The notes under the pieces were generated by a model. That model was not told the origin of the DNA. It did no database searches and saw nothing but the letters and a program-made list of their open reading frames with translations. DNA of 58,666 bases from a virus. Lineage: Duplodnaviria > Heunggongvirae > Uroviricota > Caudoviricetes. Location of the stretch: the IMG/VR virus record IMGVR_UViG_3300010413_000002, positions 64,001 to 122,666 of that record; one strand, given 5' to 3'. Below, in pieces: positions 7,609 to 17,455 of this stretch (position 1 is the stretch's first letter; every line of letters begins with the position of its first letter). Made by a program: the position numbers and the translations under genes.

Positions 7609-8025
7609 TTAATAAATTATTATAGTATTTAAAAATTTTTCAGCTTCTTTTTGGATTTTTTTATTTGTTTCTAAAATATTTTTATCGCTTTTACTTTTTC
7701 TTTCGTTTTTGATTTTTTGTATATCTTCTTTATTGTTTTTTCTGTATTCTATTCTTTTTTTATAAAGAGCTTTTTCAAAAGCAATACAAAGTAGATTATT
7801 CTCTTCTGCTGATAAATCAAAATTAAATCCATTAAATTTTTCATCTTTTGGATTTTCTATAGACAGTTCTATTTCGTTAGTTATATTTGATAATACAACT
7901 ACAATTTTTTTCTTATCTTTGTCTTCAAAAGAAAATAAAAACCTTGTTCTATTTAAAACTTTTTCTGGTTGATATAATTCAAACTTTTCAGCATTATTTG
8001 CTATTTCTTCTATTTTTTTATTCAT
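7609..8025 (-). CDS. Hypothetical protein
   Basis: 138-aa ORF; paralog at 1837..2201. Confidence 0.6.
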   Translation of the reverse strand: MNKKIEEIANNAEKFELYQPEKVLNRTRFLFSFEDKDKKKIVVVLSNITNEIELSIENPKDEKFNGFNFDLSAEENNLLCIAFEKALYKKRIEYRKNNKEDIQKIKNERKSKSDKNILETNKKIQKEAEKFLNTIIIY

Positions 8026-8061
8026 TTTTATTTGTTTTTATTAAAAAAATATTTTATAAAA

Positions 8062-8349
8062 TTAAAATTTTATATTTTTAAAGTCAAACTTTTTCTTTAT
8101 TTCTGTTTTAAAAATTCTTATTTTTTTATCACTATTTAAAAATTCTTTTTTTATCTTTATAACTTTTTTTGGATCTAAATTTGCGTATTCACAAACTGAT
8201 ATAAAATTATTATTATTTAAATTCATCCATTCGTTTGAGGCTTTTTTGTTTATAATAGAAGCTCTACTTGTAGCAACAGAAGATAAATCTATAAAAGCTT
8301 GTATTATTACATTTAACCAAAAATTTTCTAAAGCTTCACCTTCAGTCAT
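8062..8349 (-). CDS. Hypothetical protein, paralog family with 15085 and 55565
   Basis: VIIQAFID...W...F..VCEYANLDP motif. Confidence 0.6.
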   Translation of the reverse strand: MTEGEALENFWLNVIIQAFIDLSSVATSRASIINKKASNEWMNLNNNNFISVCEYANLDPKKVIKIKKEFLNSDKKIRIFKTEIKKKFDFKNIKF

Positions 8350-8350
8350 C

Positions 8351-9238
8351 TTAATTGTCGTATTTATTTACTAAGTTTTTTAATTCTCTCAATAAATCTT
8401 GGCTTCCATTATTGTTTATAATAGCATTATCAATATTACCATAATAACTCTCTAAGCAATTTAATAAAACTTTTTTAATTTTTTCAATATTTGGTTTTTC
8501 TCTAAGACTACTTTTAACATAAAGACCAGTTAAGTCAAGCTCTTTTTGCTCGAACCACTTTTCTAATCTTTCCAAACTCCAGTCGCCTTTTCTTATTGAT
8601 GATAAAATCTTAACATTGGAATTCAAAGTTAGAGTTCCATACATTAAAATCTCTTCACACTCTAATAAAAGTCTAACTAAATGATAAGCAAATTTTGTAT
8701 CATATCCTAATTTTTGAATACTCTTATTTCTTTTTTCGTTTTGATGTGAAGTTCTATTTTTAATTTTATTGTATTGAGAAAAAGCATAACCTCTAAATTT
8801 CTTCCAACAACCTTTATGTAAAAATAATTCTTTATTTTCTCTTATTATTTCACCGATTTCGTTTGAATAAGTTATACAATTTCTAGGTACAAATAGGCTA
8901 TCAATCATATTCGGATTATTTTCTACGATTAGATTAAAGTATTTAATAATTGAATAGATTGAAATATCGAAAGTTTGCTTTTCGTCTTTTATATGATGTT
9001 TTTGAAAAACTTCAAATTGTTTTACTTTTGTATGAAAATTATAAATATATCCATCCAAATGAGGAAATACTTCTTTTTTAGGAGGTATTGCAACGGCGTA
9101 AATATCCATATCAGAGTTATCTTTTGATACGCCATAAGCCATACTTCCCATTATAACTTCATATATAAGTCCTTCCTTGATATTATTTGATAATATCAAT
9201 AGATTTTTTTCTGCTAATTTTTTTATATAACTTGTCAT
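8351..9238 (-). CDS. Pol-beta superfamily nucleotidyltransferase
   Basis: GSMAYG-x5-SDMD motif, NPNMIDSL, GYDTKFAYHLVRLL. Confidence 0.85.
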   Translation of the reverse strand: MTSYIKKLAEKNLLILSNNIKEGLIYEVIMGSMAYGVSKDNSDMDIYAVAIPPKKEVFPHLDGYIYNFHTKVKQFEVFQKHHIKDEKQTFDISIYSIIKYFNLIVENNPNMIDSLFVPRNCITYSNEIGEIIRENKELFLHKGCWKKFRGYAFSQYNKIKNRTSHQNEKRNKSIQKLGYDTKFAYHLVRLLLECEEILMYGTLTLNSNVKILSSIRKGDWSLERLEKWFEQKELDLTGLYVKSSLREKPNIEKIKKVLLNCLESYYGNIDNAIINNNGSQDLLRELKNLVNKYDN

Positions 9239-9263
9239 TTTGGTTGTTATTTGTTATAATAAA

Positions 9264-9328
9264 ATTATATAGTGAGTTGTATTACAAATCAAGTAATTCT
9301 TGACAGTGTTTTAATAACGTTATATGAT
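9264..9328. promoter_or_regulatory. Divergent sigma70-type promoter pair
   Basis: Minus TTGATT-N17-TATAAT (9292-9264); plus TTGACA-N17-TATGAT (9300-9328). Confidence 0.7.
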
Positions 9329-9384
9329 TAAATTTAATTAAATTAACAATAAAAACAAGCAAAATAAAAACAGAAATTGTAACC

Positions 9385-10221
9385 TTGGAAAATGATTTAA
9401 AAATTAATAAAAAATACAAGATGGAAAAAGAAAATTTAATATTTATGTATAGTAAAGAAAGAAATGAATATATTGATCATTTTTTTGAAAAAGGAGACGA
9501 AAAAAAGTTAAAAAAGAAAATTAAAGAGTTTAATTCTTCTAATCTTAAATGTTTTGATCAATATTTTTATAAATTAATAAAAAACAAAGATTGTATAAAA
9601 GCTTGCAAAAAAAGCGATAAGAGATTGAAAAATTTGTCTAATATATTTATAAAAATAAAAAATTTATTGACAGAAACAAATAATATAGTAGAGAAAGATT
9701 TTTTTGCTTTTGATAAACATTATAAAAATCTCATATCTGAAAAGGGCAGATTAATAAAAGGAATTTTGTGTTTTGAATTTTTTAAGATAGAAATAGATGA
9801 ATATCCTAGTTGGGAGAAAAGAAATACAGGAGATTTTACTGTTGATGATATTGATTTCGTATTTTATAATTACGAACCAAAAAAAGAAAAGGTAATAGAA
9901 GAGTTATATAGCACATCTACAAACATACCTAACGCAATAGAAGAGATATTTGGTACAAAATATAATCATAATCCAGAAGTTGATATTGCTTTTTATAAAG
10001 TGTTTTCACGGTTTTTAAAAGATCCTAAAAAATATTTATTAATTGTAGCAGGGGCAACAAAAACAATAGGGTGTACATCAACTCATAATTGGACAAGTGC
10101 ATTTTCGGGTAATTTTCTTTTAAGATATAACGAAAAAGCTAAAGCAATTGAAAGAGTATTCGATAAAGAAAATAGTGAAACTTTAAAAAATTCAGAAGAA
10201 TTGATTAAATTATTAAAATAA
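9385..10221 (+). CDS. Hypothetical protein (probable start MEKEN at 9421)
   Basis: 278-aa ORF, no recognised motif. Confidence 0.6.
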   Translation: MENDLKINKKYKMEKENLIFMYSKERNEYIDHFFEKGDEKKLKKKIKEFNSSNLKCFDQYFYKLIKNKDCIKACKKSDKRLKNLSNIFIKIKNLLTETNNIVEKDFFAFDKHYKNLISEKGRLIKGILCFEFFKIEIDEYPSWEKRNTGDFTVDDIDFVFYNYEPKKEKVIEELYSTSTNIPNAIEEIFGTKYNHNPEVDIAFYKVFSRFLKDPKKYLLIVAGATKTIGCTSTHNWTSAFSGNFLLRYNEKAKAIERVFDKENSETLKNSEELIKLLK

Positions 10222-10230
10222 AGTTATAAA

Positions 10231-12660
10231 ATGAAAAAAGAAGGAATAACCGTACTTAGTCTTTTCGATGGTCTTTCGGTTGGTCAACTAGCACTTAAAG
10301 ACGCAGGAATAAAAGTAAACAAATATTATAGTTCAGAAATAGATAAATATGTTATAGGTATTACTCAATATAACTTTCCAAACACAATTCAGTTGGGAGA
10401 TATAAAAAAATGGAAAGAATGGAATATTGATTGGAAAGAAATTGATTTAATTTTCGGAGGATTCCCCTGTTTTGCTAAAGGAACTAAAATAATAACAAAA
10501 ACTGGTTATAAGAATATAGAAGATATTAAAATTGGAGAATATGTTTACACCCATAAAGGAAGATATAAAAAAGTTTTAAATACAAATAAGAAAAAAAATA
10601 AAATTTGGAAATTAAAATCTCAAGGAACTTTAATAACAGAGACTACTGCCGAACATCCTTATTATATAAGTAAAATGTCAAGAATATGGAATAATAAACG
10701 CAGAACCTACAAAAGAGTTTTTTCTAATCCAAATTGGATTCCAGTTAAAGAATTAAAAAGAATTGAATATTTTACTTATCTTCCGATTATTAAAATTGAA
10801 GAAAATCCTTTAAATTTAAATAAAGAGTTGTGTTGGTTATTAGGGAGATATGTAGCTAATGGATTTTATCAAGATTCGAAAAGAAAAAATAGAAAAAATT
10901 CTTATAATTATAAAATAATTATATGCGTTGGAAAACATAAAACTAAAGAATTTGAAGAAAATATAAAAACAATTAAATATACAAAAAGTGAGAACAGAAC
11001 TGTTTTTAAATATATTTTTTGCTCTATGAACTTACTATCTTTAGTAAAGAAATTAAATTTAGGAAGAAGTGCTATAAAGAAAAGAGTTCCACAGGAAATA
11101 CTTCATTTACCTAAAGAATTAGCTAAGGAATTTTTAGATGGATATATGTCTGGAGATGGATGTTATTCTAGGGAAAAATATAAAGCCACTTCTATTAGTA
11201 AAGAATTATGTATGGGTTTGAACTTATTAATAGCTAAAATTTATGAGGTTAATTCAGGCATAGTTTATTGTAAAAGACCAAAAACAACTATAATAGAAAG
11301 TAGAATAGTTAATCAGCGGGATACTTATTCAGTAGATTTTTTCACCGAAATGAAAAAACAAACACATGCTGTAATAAAAGATAGTTTTGTTTTATTGCCG
11401 ATAACTAAAATAGAAGAAACAAACGAGATAAAAGATGTTTATAATATAGAAGTTGAAGAAGATAATTCTTATTATGCTAATAATTTATGTGTTCATAATT
11501 GTCAAGCTTGGTCAAAGGCAGGTAAACAATTAGGAGATAAAGATGTAAGAGGAAGTTTAATGTGGGATATGTTAGAGATAAAAAAACACGTTGAATCATT
11601 GAATCCAAAAGTTAAGTTTCTTTTTGAAAATGTTGTTATGAAAAAAGAATTTTTAGCTTACGTTAATAAAGCTATAGGCGTACAACCCGTAAAAATTAAT
11701 AGTTCAAAGCTTTCCGCGCAACACAGACAGAGACTGTATTGGACTAATATTGAAGGAAAAGAAGAAAGTGATTTATTTCAAAAGAAAATAGGACAACCAA
11801 AAGATAAACATGTTTATCTAAAAGATATTTTAGAAAAAGAAGTCGACGAAAAATATTTCTTAAGTGACAAGATGATTAAATGTATTTTGGCGGGCGGAAC
11901 TAAAAATTATAATGTTAGTGGAGAACTCAATCCTAAAAAGTCCTATGCTTTATTAGCTACTATGTCAAAAATGCACAGATTAGGAATAGACACTTATGTT
12001 TGTTGTGCTATGAGGGGAAGACATTTGGAAAACGGAAAAAGAAAAGATATAAAAGGTTCTGAAACTAAACAACTTGTAGAAATAAGAAATGATGATAAAA
12101 CTAATTGTTTAACTACTGTACAAAAAGATAATCTATTATTAGAAAAACCAATTAAAATTGGAAAATTTGAAGAAGAGAAAGAACAATTAATTTTTGAAAA
12201 AAATAAAGATATAATAAATCTTAAAAAAGGAAGCACTGGAAAAAGTTGGTGGTTTGAACAACAAACTTATCATCCAAATAGTAAAACAAGAGCTTTAAAA
12301 TCAAGTAGTGGCTCTGGCAATATTCCTAAAGTCTTTCAAGAACCTAAAAGAATAGGTCATTTTAACAAAGGAGGCCAAGGAGATAGAGTATATGATCCAA
12401 AAGGCAAAAGTGTATGTTTGAGTGCTTTAGGAGGTGGTCGAGGAGCTTGTACGGGACGCTATCAAATTAAAAGTAGAATAAGACGACTTACCCCAAGAGA
12501 ATGTGAAAATTTACAAACTGTTCCAATAGATTTTACTGCAAAAGGCATTATTAACGAAAAAGTTGTAGATATAAGCGACTCACAACGATATAAAGCTCTC
12601 GGTAACGCTTGGACAAAAGATGTGATTGTTTGGATACTTTCTCATTTGAGATTAGATTAA
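10231..12660 (+). CDS. C5-cytosine DNA methyltransferase containing an intein
   Basis: Motif I LSLFDG, GGFP/CQ split by intein, FENV, AQHRQRLYW, RRLTPRECE, YKALGNAW. Confidence 0.92.
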   Translation: MKKEGITVLSLFDGLSVGQLALKDAGIKVNKYYSSEIDKYVIGITQYNFPNTIQLGDIKKWKEWNIDWKEIDLIFGGFPCFAKGTKIITKTGYKNIEDIKIGEYVYTHKGRYKKVLNTNKKKNKIWKLKSQGTLITETTAEHPYYISKMSRIWNNKRRTYKRVFSNPNWIPVKELKRIEYFTYLPIIKIEENPLNLNKELCWLLGRYVANGFYQDSKRKNRKNSYNYKIIICVGKHKTKEFEENIKTIKYTKSENRTVFKYIFCSMNLLSLVKKLNLGRSAIKKRVPQEILHLPKELAKEFLDGYMSGDGCYSREKYKATSISKELCMGLNLLIAKIYEVNSGIVYCKRPKTTIIESRIVNQRDTYSVDFFTEMKKQTHAVIKDSFVLLPITKIEETNEIKDVYNIEVEEDNSYYANNLCVHNCQAWSKAGKQLGDKDVRGSLMWDMLEIKKHVESLNPKVKFLFENVVMKKEFLAYVNKAIGVQPVKINSSKLSAQHRQRLYWTNIEGKEESDLFQKKIGQPKDKHVYLKDILEKEVDEKYFLSDKMIKCILAGGTKNYNVSGELNPKKSYALLATMSKMHRLGIDTYVCCAMRGRHLENGKRKDIKGSETKQLVEIRNDDKTNCLTTVQKDNLLLEKPIKIGKFEEEKEQLIFEKNKDIINLKKGSTGKSWWFEQQTYHPNSKTRALKSSSGSGNIPKVFQEPKRIGHFNKGGQGDRVYDPKGKSVCLSALGGGRGACTGRYQIKSRIRRLTPRECENLQTVPIDFTAKGIINEKVVDISDSQRYKALGNAWTKDVIVWILSHLRLD
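10468..11499 (+). mobile_element. 344-aa intein with LAGLIDADG homing endonuclease
   Basis: Starts CFAKGT, ends VYNIEVEEDNSYYANNLCVHN then Cys; LLGRYVANG and FLDGYMSGDG blocks. Confidence 0.92.
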
Positions 12661-13025
12661 TATTTACTTATTGTCAACTCGCAATAATCCTCTTCTCCTT
12701 TTAGACTTTCCATGCTTACACGACCAACATATTTTATTGTATCATCTTTTATGATTTCGTAATAACTCATACAGTCCTCGAGAAGTTTAATTTGATAAGA
12801 ATTATTTGTGCTATCTAGACATCTACCTTTAAAATAGAATTTAAAATCTAAGTTAACTTTATAATCAAATTTCGGAAACTTGTTTTTGTAAATCGAAAAC
12901 CATTGCAAATAATCATTTTTTAATTTCTTTCTAAAAGTCCAATGTTTTCCTGCATAAATTTTGTTTGTAGATACTTTAATATAGTCTTTTAGTATTATCT
13001 TAAATTCTTTTTCTTCTAATCCCAT
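12657..13025 (-). CDS. rusA: RusA-like Holliday junction resolvase
   Basis: STN...LDSTN...KLLED...IIKDD..YV acidic triad pattern. Confidence 0.7.
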   Translation of the reverse strand: MGLEEKEFKIILKDYIKVSTNKIYAGKHWTFRKKLKNDYLQWFSIYKNKFPKFDYKVNLDFKFYFKGRCLDSTNNSYQIKLLEDCMSYYEIIKDDTIKYVGRVSMESLKGEEDYCELTISKY

Positions 13026-13585
13026 AGACAGCCAACATACTTTCCAAAATTTTCAGTAGCGTTTTTTCTTCTAACACAAATCCTTTTATATTTTTTCTTA
13101 TATTGAATTTCGGAAATTTCTTTTTCAAGATAATATTTATCAGAAAGCTCATCTTCTTCTTTATCACTATTTTTTGCCCACCAAAGAATTTCTTTTAGAA
13201 TTTTTTTCCATTGTTTTTCGGTTAATGGTTTTTTAGTATCTGGATTAATTGGCATTCCGTGATGAGTTTCTAATAATTTTTCTAATCTTGGTGCTAACCA
13301 TTTTTTTAAATACCAGTCTAAATTCCAAACTTCTCTATCATCATATCCTCTAAATAATCTTTGAGTAAAATATTTTATAGCGTCACAAGCGTTTTCTATT
13401 TGATTTAAAAAATACCAATGAAATGGCAATATAAAATATTTATTATACCATTTATTTTGCCAAACTTTCATTTCTTTAAAACATTCATCAAGTGGACGAC
13501 ATTCTTTTGATGGTTCTAGTCCCATTTGCTTTTGAAAAATAGGGCTACATATAATTTTAAATTCTTTATTTTTCTTATTTTTCAT
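13016..13585 (-). CDS. Conserved-looking phage hypothetical protein
   Basis: RGYDD-x3-WNLD...HGMP...W..IL pattern. Confidence 0.6.
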   Translation of the reverse strand: MKNKKNKEFKIICSPIFQKQMGLEPSKECRPLDECFKEMKVWQNKWYNKYFILPFHWYFLNQIENACDAIKYFTQRLFRGYDDREVWNLDWYLKKWLAPRLEKLLETHHGMPINPDTKKPLTEKQWKKILKEILWWAKNSDKEEDELSDKYYLEKEISEIQYKKKYKRICVRRKNATENFGKYVGCLWD

Positions 13586-13766
13586 TTTCTTCCTCTATGA
13601 ATTGAATTCCGCATTGTTCACAATTAACATATGTTAAAAAATCAACATTAAGTTTTTTAATTTGACTTATAAAAAAACTATTATATTTATCTTGTATTGG
13701 CTTATCAATATCTATCTCTTTTTTTCTTTGTATATGTCCACATTCAGGACATCTCACTAAATCCAT
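13575..13766 (-). CDS. Small zinc-ribbon protein
   Basis: CPECG...CEQCG. Confidence 0.6.
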   Translation of the reverse strand: MDLVRCPECGHIQRKKEIDIDKPIQDKYNSFFISQIKKLNVDFLTYVNCEQCGIQFIEEENEK

Positions 13767-13821
13767 CTTATTATTCTAATTACACTATCTTAATTTTAGT
13801 GCTTTATAATAAAATGGGAAG

Positions 13822-14145
13822 TCATTCATCTTTTTTTAAATTGTCTTCTTTTGTTTCTTGTTGTAATTTTTCTTCTGTTTTTAGTTTTTTCTTTTGCTCT
13901 TCTTGTATTTTTTTAACTTCGTCATTACAAAGTTTATTAAGTTTTTTTCTAGTTGTTAATTTATTTTTTATTAATAATTTAGATAAAACAACTTGAATAA
14001 TATCAAGACGAAATGTATTATCTTCTGTTTTTTTTAGATGTTTCAGAATTTTTCCTATTACTTCTCTTGCAATTTCATCGGTTTTTTCTAATTCTTTTAA
14101 ACGTTTTTCTATTTTTTCTAATTTTTTATTTATTTGTTTTGTCAT
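13822..14145 (-). CDS. Coiled-coil hypothetical protein
   Basis: 107-aa ORF in packed cluster. Confidence 0.55.
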   Translation of the reverse strand: MTKQINKKLEKIEKRLKELEKTDEIAREVIGKILKHLKKTEDNTFRLDIIQVVLSKLLIKNKLTTRKKLNKLCNDEVKKIQEEQKKKLKTEEKLQQETKEDNLKKDE

Positions 14146-14147
14146 TT

Positions 14148-14723
14148 TTATTCTATTTCATTTAAAAATTTATCCGCTAATTTCCAATCTATAATTTTTT
14201 GTCCTCTGATATATAATTGATCGTCATTGATAACTTTTTCTAAATTTGGAATATTTGCATATTTTTTATAAATATTTTTTACAAAATCAAAATGTGCTTT
14301 TGAATGTTCAACGCTTCTATCTAATTCAGTATTGTTTTTTACTTCTGCTAAATAAGTGCTTCCAAGATGACAAAGATGCTCGGCATACTCAGAAATATAT
14401 CGATGTCCAACAGTTCCGCTACAAGCTAACATTGAACCACAAGAGTAAGCATAAGAAGATACCCTAGTTTCTATTATAATATCATTTTGTTTACAATATT
14501 CTACTCTTGAGAGTAAATCCATTAAATATCTTGCGTAACCACCATTTGAGTTTATGTCAAAAATTATTTTTCCTTTCTTTTTCTTTTTTTCTTTTTCAAT
14601 TAAAGAATCCAAATTTTGTATAATTCTTTCAGAAACGCTTTCATCAAAAACTCCATGTAAGTAGATTTTGTTATCAACAATATAATTTAAAATTTTATCT
14701 TCTTCTATTCTTCTTCTTTCCAT
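14148..14723 (-). CDS. clpP: ClpP-like protease subunit
   Basis: IYLHG, INSNGG, AYSCGSML (catalytic Ser), HL motif, final WKLADK. Confidence 0.8.
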   Translation of the reverse strand: MERRRIEEDKILNYIVDNKIYLHGVFDESVSERIIQNLDSLIEKEKKKKKGKIIFDINSNGGYARYLMDLLSRVEYCKQNDIIIETRVSSYAYSCGSMLACSGTVGHRYISEYAEHLCHLGSTYLAEVKNNTELDRSVEHSKAHFDFVKNIYKKYANIPNLEKVINDDQLYIRGQKIIDWKLADKFLNEIE

Positions 14724-14738
14724 TTTTATTATTTGTTG

Positions 14739-14812
14739 TGGAAGTGATGGGAATTGAACCCATAACCTTTTGCTTGCAAGGCAAATGCTCTAGCCAATTG
14801 AGCTACACCCCC
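14739..14812 (-). tRNA. trnA: tRNA-Ala(TGC)
   Basis: Loop CT-TGC-AA, G3:U70, A73. Confidence 0.9.
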
Positions 14813-14825
14813 TATTTATAAATAA

Positions 14826-15161
14826 TCAATTAATTTCTTTAAGAATTATTGTGCTAGGAGTAAATTTAACTTTTTTTCTTTTGGGAACTTTATAAGGTTT
14901 ATCCAAAGTTGGAATTTTTATATTTCTACTAGCGACATCTTTAACTCTTAGTATTCCTATTTTAGGCAAAGTAACTTTATTATCTAAAATTAAGTTTCTT
15001 GATATAAAATCAAAAAATTCATCTATGATAGCTTTAGCATCTGTTTTTGGTATAGAAAATTTTTTTGATATGTTTGCGATATAATTATCTTTTACTATTT
15101 TTGTCATTTTTTTCTTTTTTTTTATTAATAAAATTATAATAATCTTTTGAGTTTTTGTCAA
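14826..15161 (-). CDS. HU/IHF-family DNA-binding protein (probable start MTKIVKD at 15106)
   Basis: KVTLPKIGILRV...RNIKIP...VKFTPS. Confidence 0.8.
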   Translation of the reverse strand: MTKTQKIIIILLIKKKKKMTKIVKDNYIANISKKFSIPKTDAKAIIDEFFDFISRNLILDNKVTLPKIGILRVKDVASRNIKIPTLDKPYKVPKRKKVKFTPSTIILKEIN

Positions 15162-15471
15162 TGATTTTTGTTAGTTGTTTAGTAATTAAAGTATCTTTTA
15201 AACAATGTTTCCTTTTTTTATTTGAAACTATATTTTTATACAACTTTAAAATATAATTTGGATCTACATCTGCTAATTTGCATATTAACAAAAAATCTTT
15301 ATTGTTTTTTTTAAACCATCTAACTGAACTTTGTTTTCCGTATTTTCTTATTTTATTTTTTGTTTTTGCATTAACATCTATAAGACCTTGTGCAATAATC
15401 ATTCTATATAAATTTAAACACCTTCTGCTTTGTTCTATATTATATAGAATCTCATTATATTCGTCTTTCAT
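15085..15471 (-). CDS. Hypothetical protein, paralog of 8062 and 55565
   Basis: LNLYRMIIAQGLIDVN...WF...CKLADVDPNYILK. Confidence 0.65.
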   Translation of the reverse strand: MKDEYNEILYNIEQSRRCLNLYRMIIAQGLIDVNAKTKNKIRKYGKQSSVRWFKKNNKDFLLICKLADVDPNYILKLYKNIVSNKKRKHCLKDTLITKQLTKIIDKNSKDYYNFINKKKEKNDKNSKR

Positions 15472-15482
15472 AACCTTTAAAC

Positions 15483-15513
15483 ACTTCCCTAACTAGCAAA
15501 AATATTATTTAAT
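15483..15513 (+). promoter_or_regulatory. Candidate late promoter (ACTTCC[CG]T motif); copies at 21705, 32620, 34536, 5062 (+) and 2682, 5892 (-)
   Basis: Motif starts 55-60 nt before ATG of terminase, sheath operon, fibre, protease and 2623 ORF. Confidence 0.65.
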
Positions 15514-15538
15514 AATATTATAACATATTTTTTATATT

Positions 15539-17182
15539 ATGACAAATACTTTTACGCAAAATCGTATCAATTTAATACAAGGGTATTCTTTAGTTGATAT
15601 TTGGAAAACATTTATGTATATTACTGAATTAAGAGAATTAATACCAAATTGGCACATAGAATACATTTTTGAAAATCTTAAAAATATAATAGAAAAAAAA
15701 TCTAAAAATTTAATTTTAAATGTTCCACCAGGTCATAGTAAAACTACTATAATGATGACATTTGTTGCGATATATTTAGGAATTTATCCAGATAGTAGGA
15801 TTTTGATACTTTCTGCTGTTAAAAATGTTAGAATAAAATATGCAAGAGGACTTAGAAACATTATAGATTCAGATGCTTTTAAACAGTTGTTTAGCAATAT
15901 AGAAATAAATGAAAACGATGTTAATAGATTAGAAAATTTTTTTATTAAAAAAGTAATTGACTCTAATGGAAACATGATAGGTGGTGGACAGATAAATATA
16001 ATGTCTACAGACGCAAAAATAACTGGAACAGACTCAGAATTGGTTATAATTGACGATCCAATAGATTATAAAACTTATTTAGCTGAAGGTGTTGGTTATG
16101 TAGATAAGGTAAACAAGAATATAAATGGCTTCTTCTCAAGAAGAAGAGAGCTTATGAAGATAAAAGAAGTTCCTTTTGTTTTAATAATGCAGAGAATATG
16201 TGAAGGAGATACTACAGATTTTTTAATTAATGCTAGAAAAAGAGGAGAATGGACGCATATAGTGATTCCAATAATAGAAGAAACAAAACAACCTATAGGA
16301 CGTTCAACAAAAACTGGAAAATATCTTTATGGAAAAATATACAAAGTAAATAAATTTCGTTATGCAAGAAAATATGAAGAAGTTCTTTTTGAAAAAATTA
16401 AAAATCAAGAATCTATTGAAGAAGAAAAAGAGGCTTATCTTTATTTGGGAACGGAAAATGATTTCTATTGGCAATATTATCAAAGAGGATCTAAAAATAA
16501 AAGTTCAATATTTAATGTTAATTATATTGAAGAATATAATAAATCAGAAGTATTAATTAATGATTTTGATAAAATAATAATGTCATGGGATACTGGATTT
16601 GGAAAAAGTATGTCTGGAGACCCGTCATGTTGTACATTATGGGGTCTTAAATTATTAGAGAACGAAAGAACTAAAAGAAAAGATTTTAAAGCATATTTAA
16701 TAGATGTTTGGTTTACTCAAGAGGATTTTCCTTCATTATTAAAAAAATCTCAAGATTTAATAGAAATATACTCTCCAAATTTTATATTAGTAGAAGACAA
16801 AGCTAGTGGACAATCATTAATACAAGAATTAGAAAAAGAGTATTATGGAAAAGTTTTAGAAAATAAAGATCCAAGAAAAAATAAAAAAATTATAGCAATT
16901 AAGGTTGGATATAAATCTGGAAGTAAAGAAGATAGAGCTAAAGCGTGTTCACATTTAATAGATAAAGGTTGCATGGTCTTCCCTAAAGACTATAGAAAGG
17001 TAATATATTTATATGGAAAAAAAATAAATCCTTTAGAAGAATTAAAATATCAACTTAGAGTTTTTCCAAGCACTTCAAAAAAAATTCATGATGATGGAGT
17101 TGATAGTGTTACTCAATTTTTAAATTGGATTAAGACTACATTTGTTAAGAAAAAAAGGGAATTTAAAATATGGATCGCTTAA
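15539..17182 (+). CDS. terL: Terminase large subunit
   Basis: LNVPPGHSKT Walker A, IIDDP Walker B, SWDT and HDDGVDS nuclease motifs. Confidence 0.92.
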   Translation: MTNTFTQNRINLIQGYSLVDIWKTFMYITELRELIPNWHIEYIFENLKNIIEKKSKNLILNVPPGHSKTTIMMTFVAIYLGIYPDSRILILSAVKNVRIKYARGLRNIIDSDAFKQLFSNIEINENDVNRLENFFIKKVIDSNGNMIGGGQINIMSTDAKITGTDSELVIIDDPIDYKTYLAEGVGYVDKVNKNINGFFSRRRELMKIKEVPFVLIMQRICEGDTTDFLINARKRGEWTHIVIPIIEETKQPIGRSTKTGKYLYGKIYKVNKFRYARKYEEVLFEKIKNQESIEEEKEAYLYLGTENDFYWQYYQRGSKNKSSIFNVNYIEEYNKSEVLINDFDKIIMSWDTGFGKSMSGDPSCCTLWGLKLLENERTKRKDFKAYLIDVWFTQEDFPSLLKKSQDLIEIYSPNFILVEDKASGQSLIQELEKEYYGKVLENKDPRKNKKIIAIKVGYKSGSKEDRAKACSHLIDKGCMVFPKDYRKVIYLYGKKINPLEELKYQLRVFPSTSKKIHDDGVDSVTQFLNWIKTTFVKKKREFKIWIA

Positions 17183-17454
17183 TGAAAAAAAATAATTTTT
17201 TTAAAAAAATAAAAAATTTAATTATTAATATAATTAAAAGTATTATTAATTTTGTTTTTCCTAAAGAAGAACTAAGAAATATAGAAGGAATATATCAATT
17301 AATATTGGTTTTTGGATTGGTGTTAATATCATTTAGATTTTTAATCTTAAAAGATTTTTTTGGTATAATAAAAAATTGTTTAGTTTTTATTTGTCTTTTT
17401 TTAATAATGATTTTTGACAAGTTTTTTGATAAGTTTTTAACAAAGGAAAAATAG
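17170..17454 (+). CDS. Membrane protein
   Basis: Two hydrophobic segments between terL and portal. Confidence 0.5.
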   Translation: MDRLMKKNNFFKKIKNLIINIIKSIINFVFPKEELRNIEGIYQLILVFGLVLISFRFLILKDFFGIIKNCLVFICLFLIMIFDKFFDKFLTKEK

Positions 17455-17455
17455 A

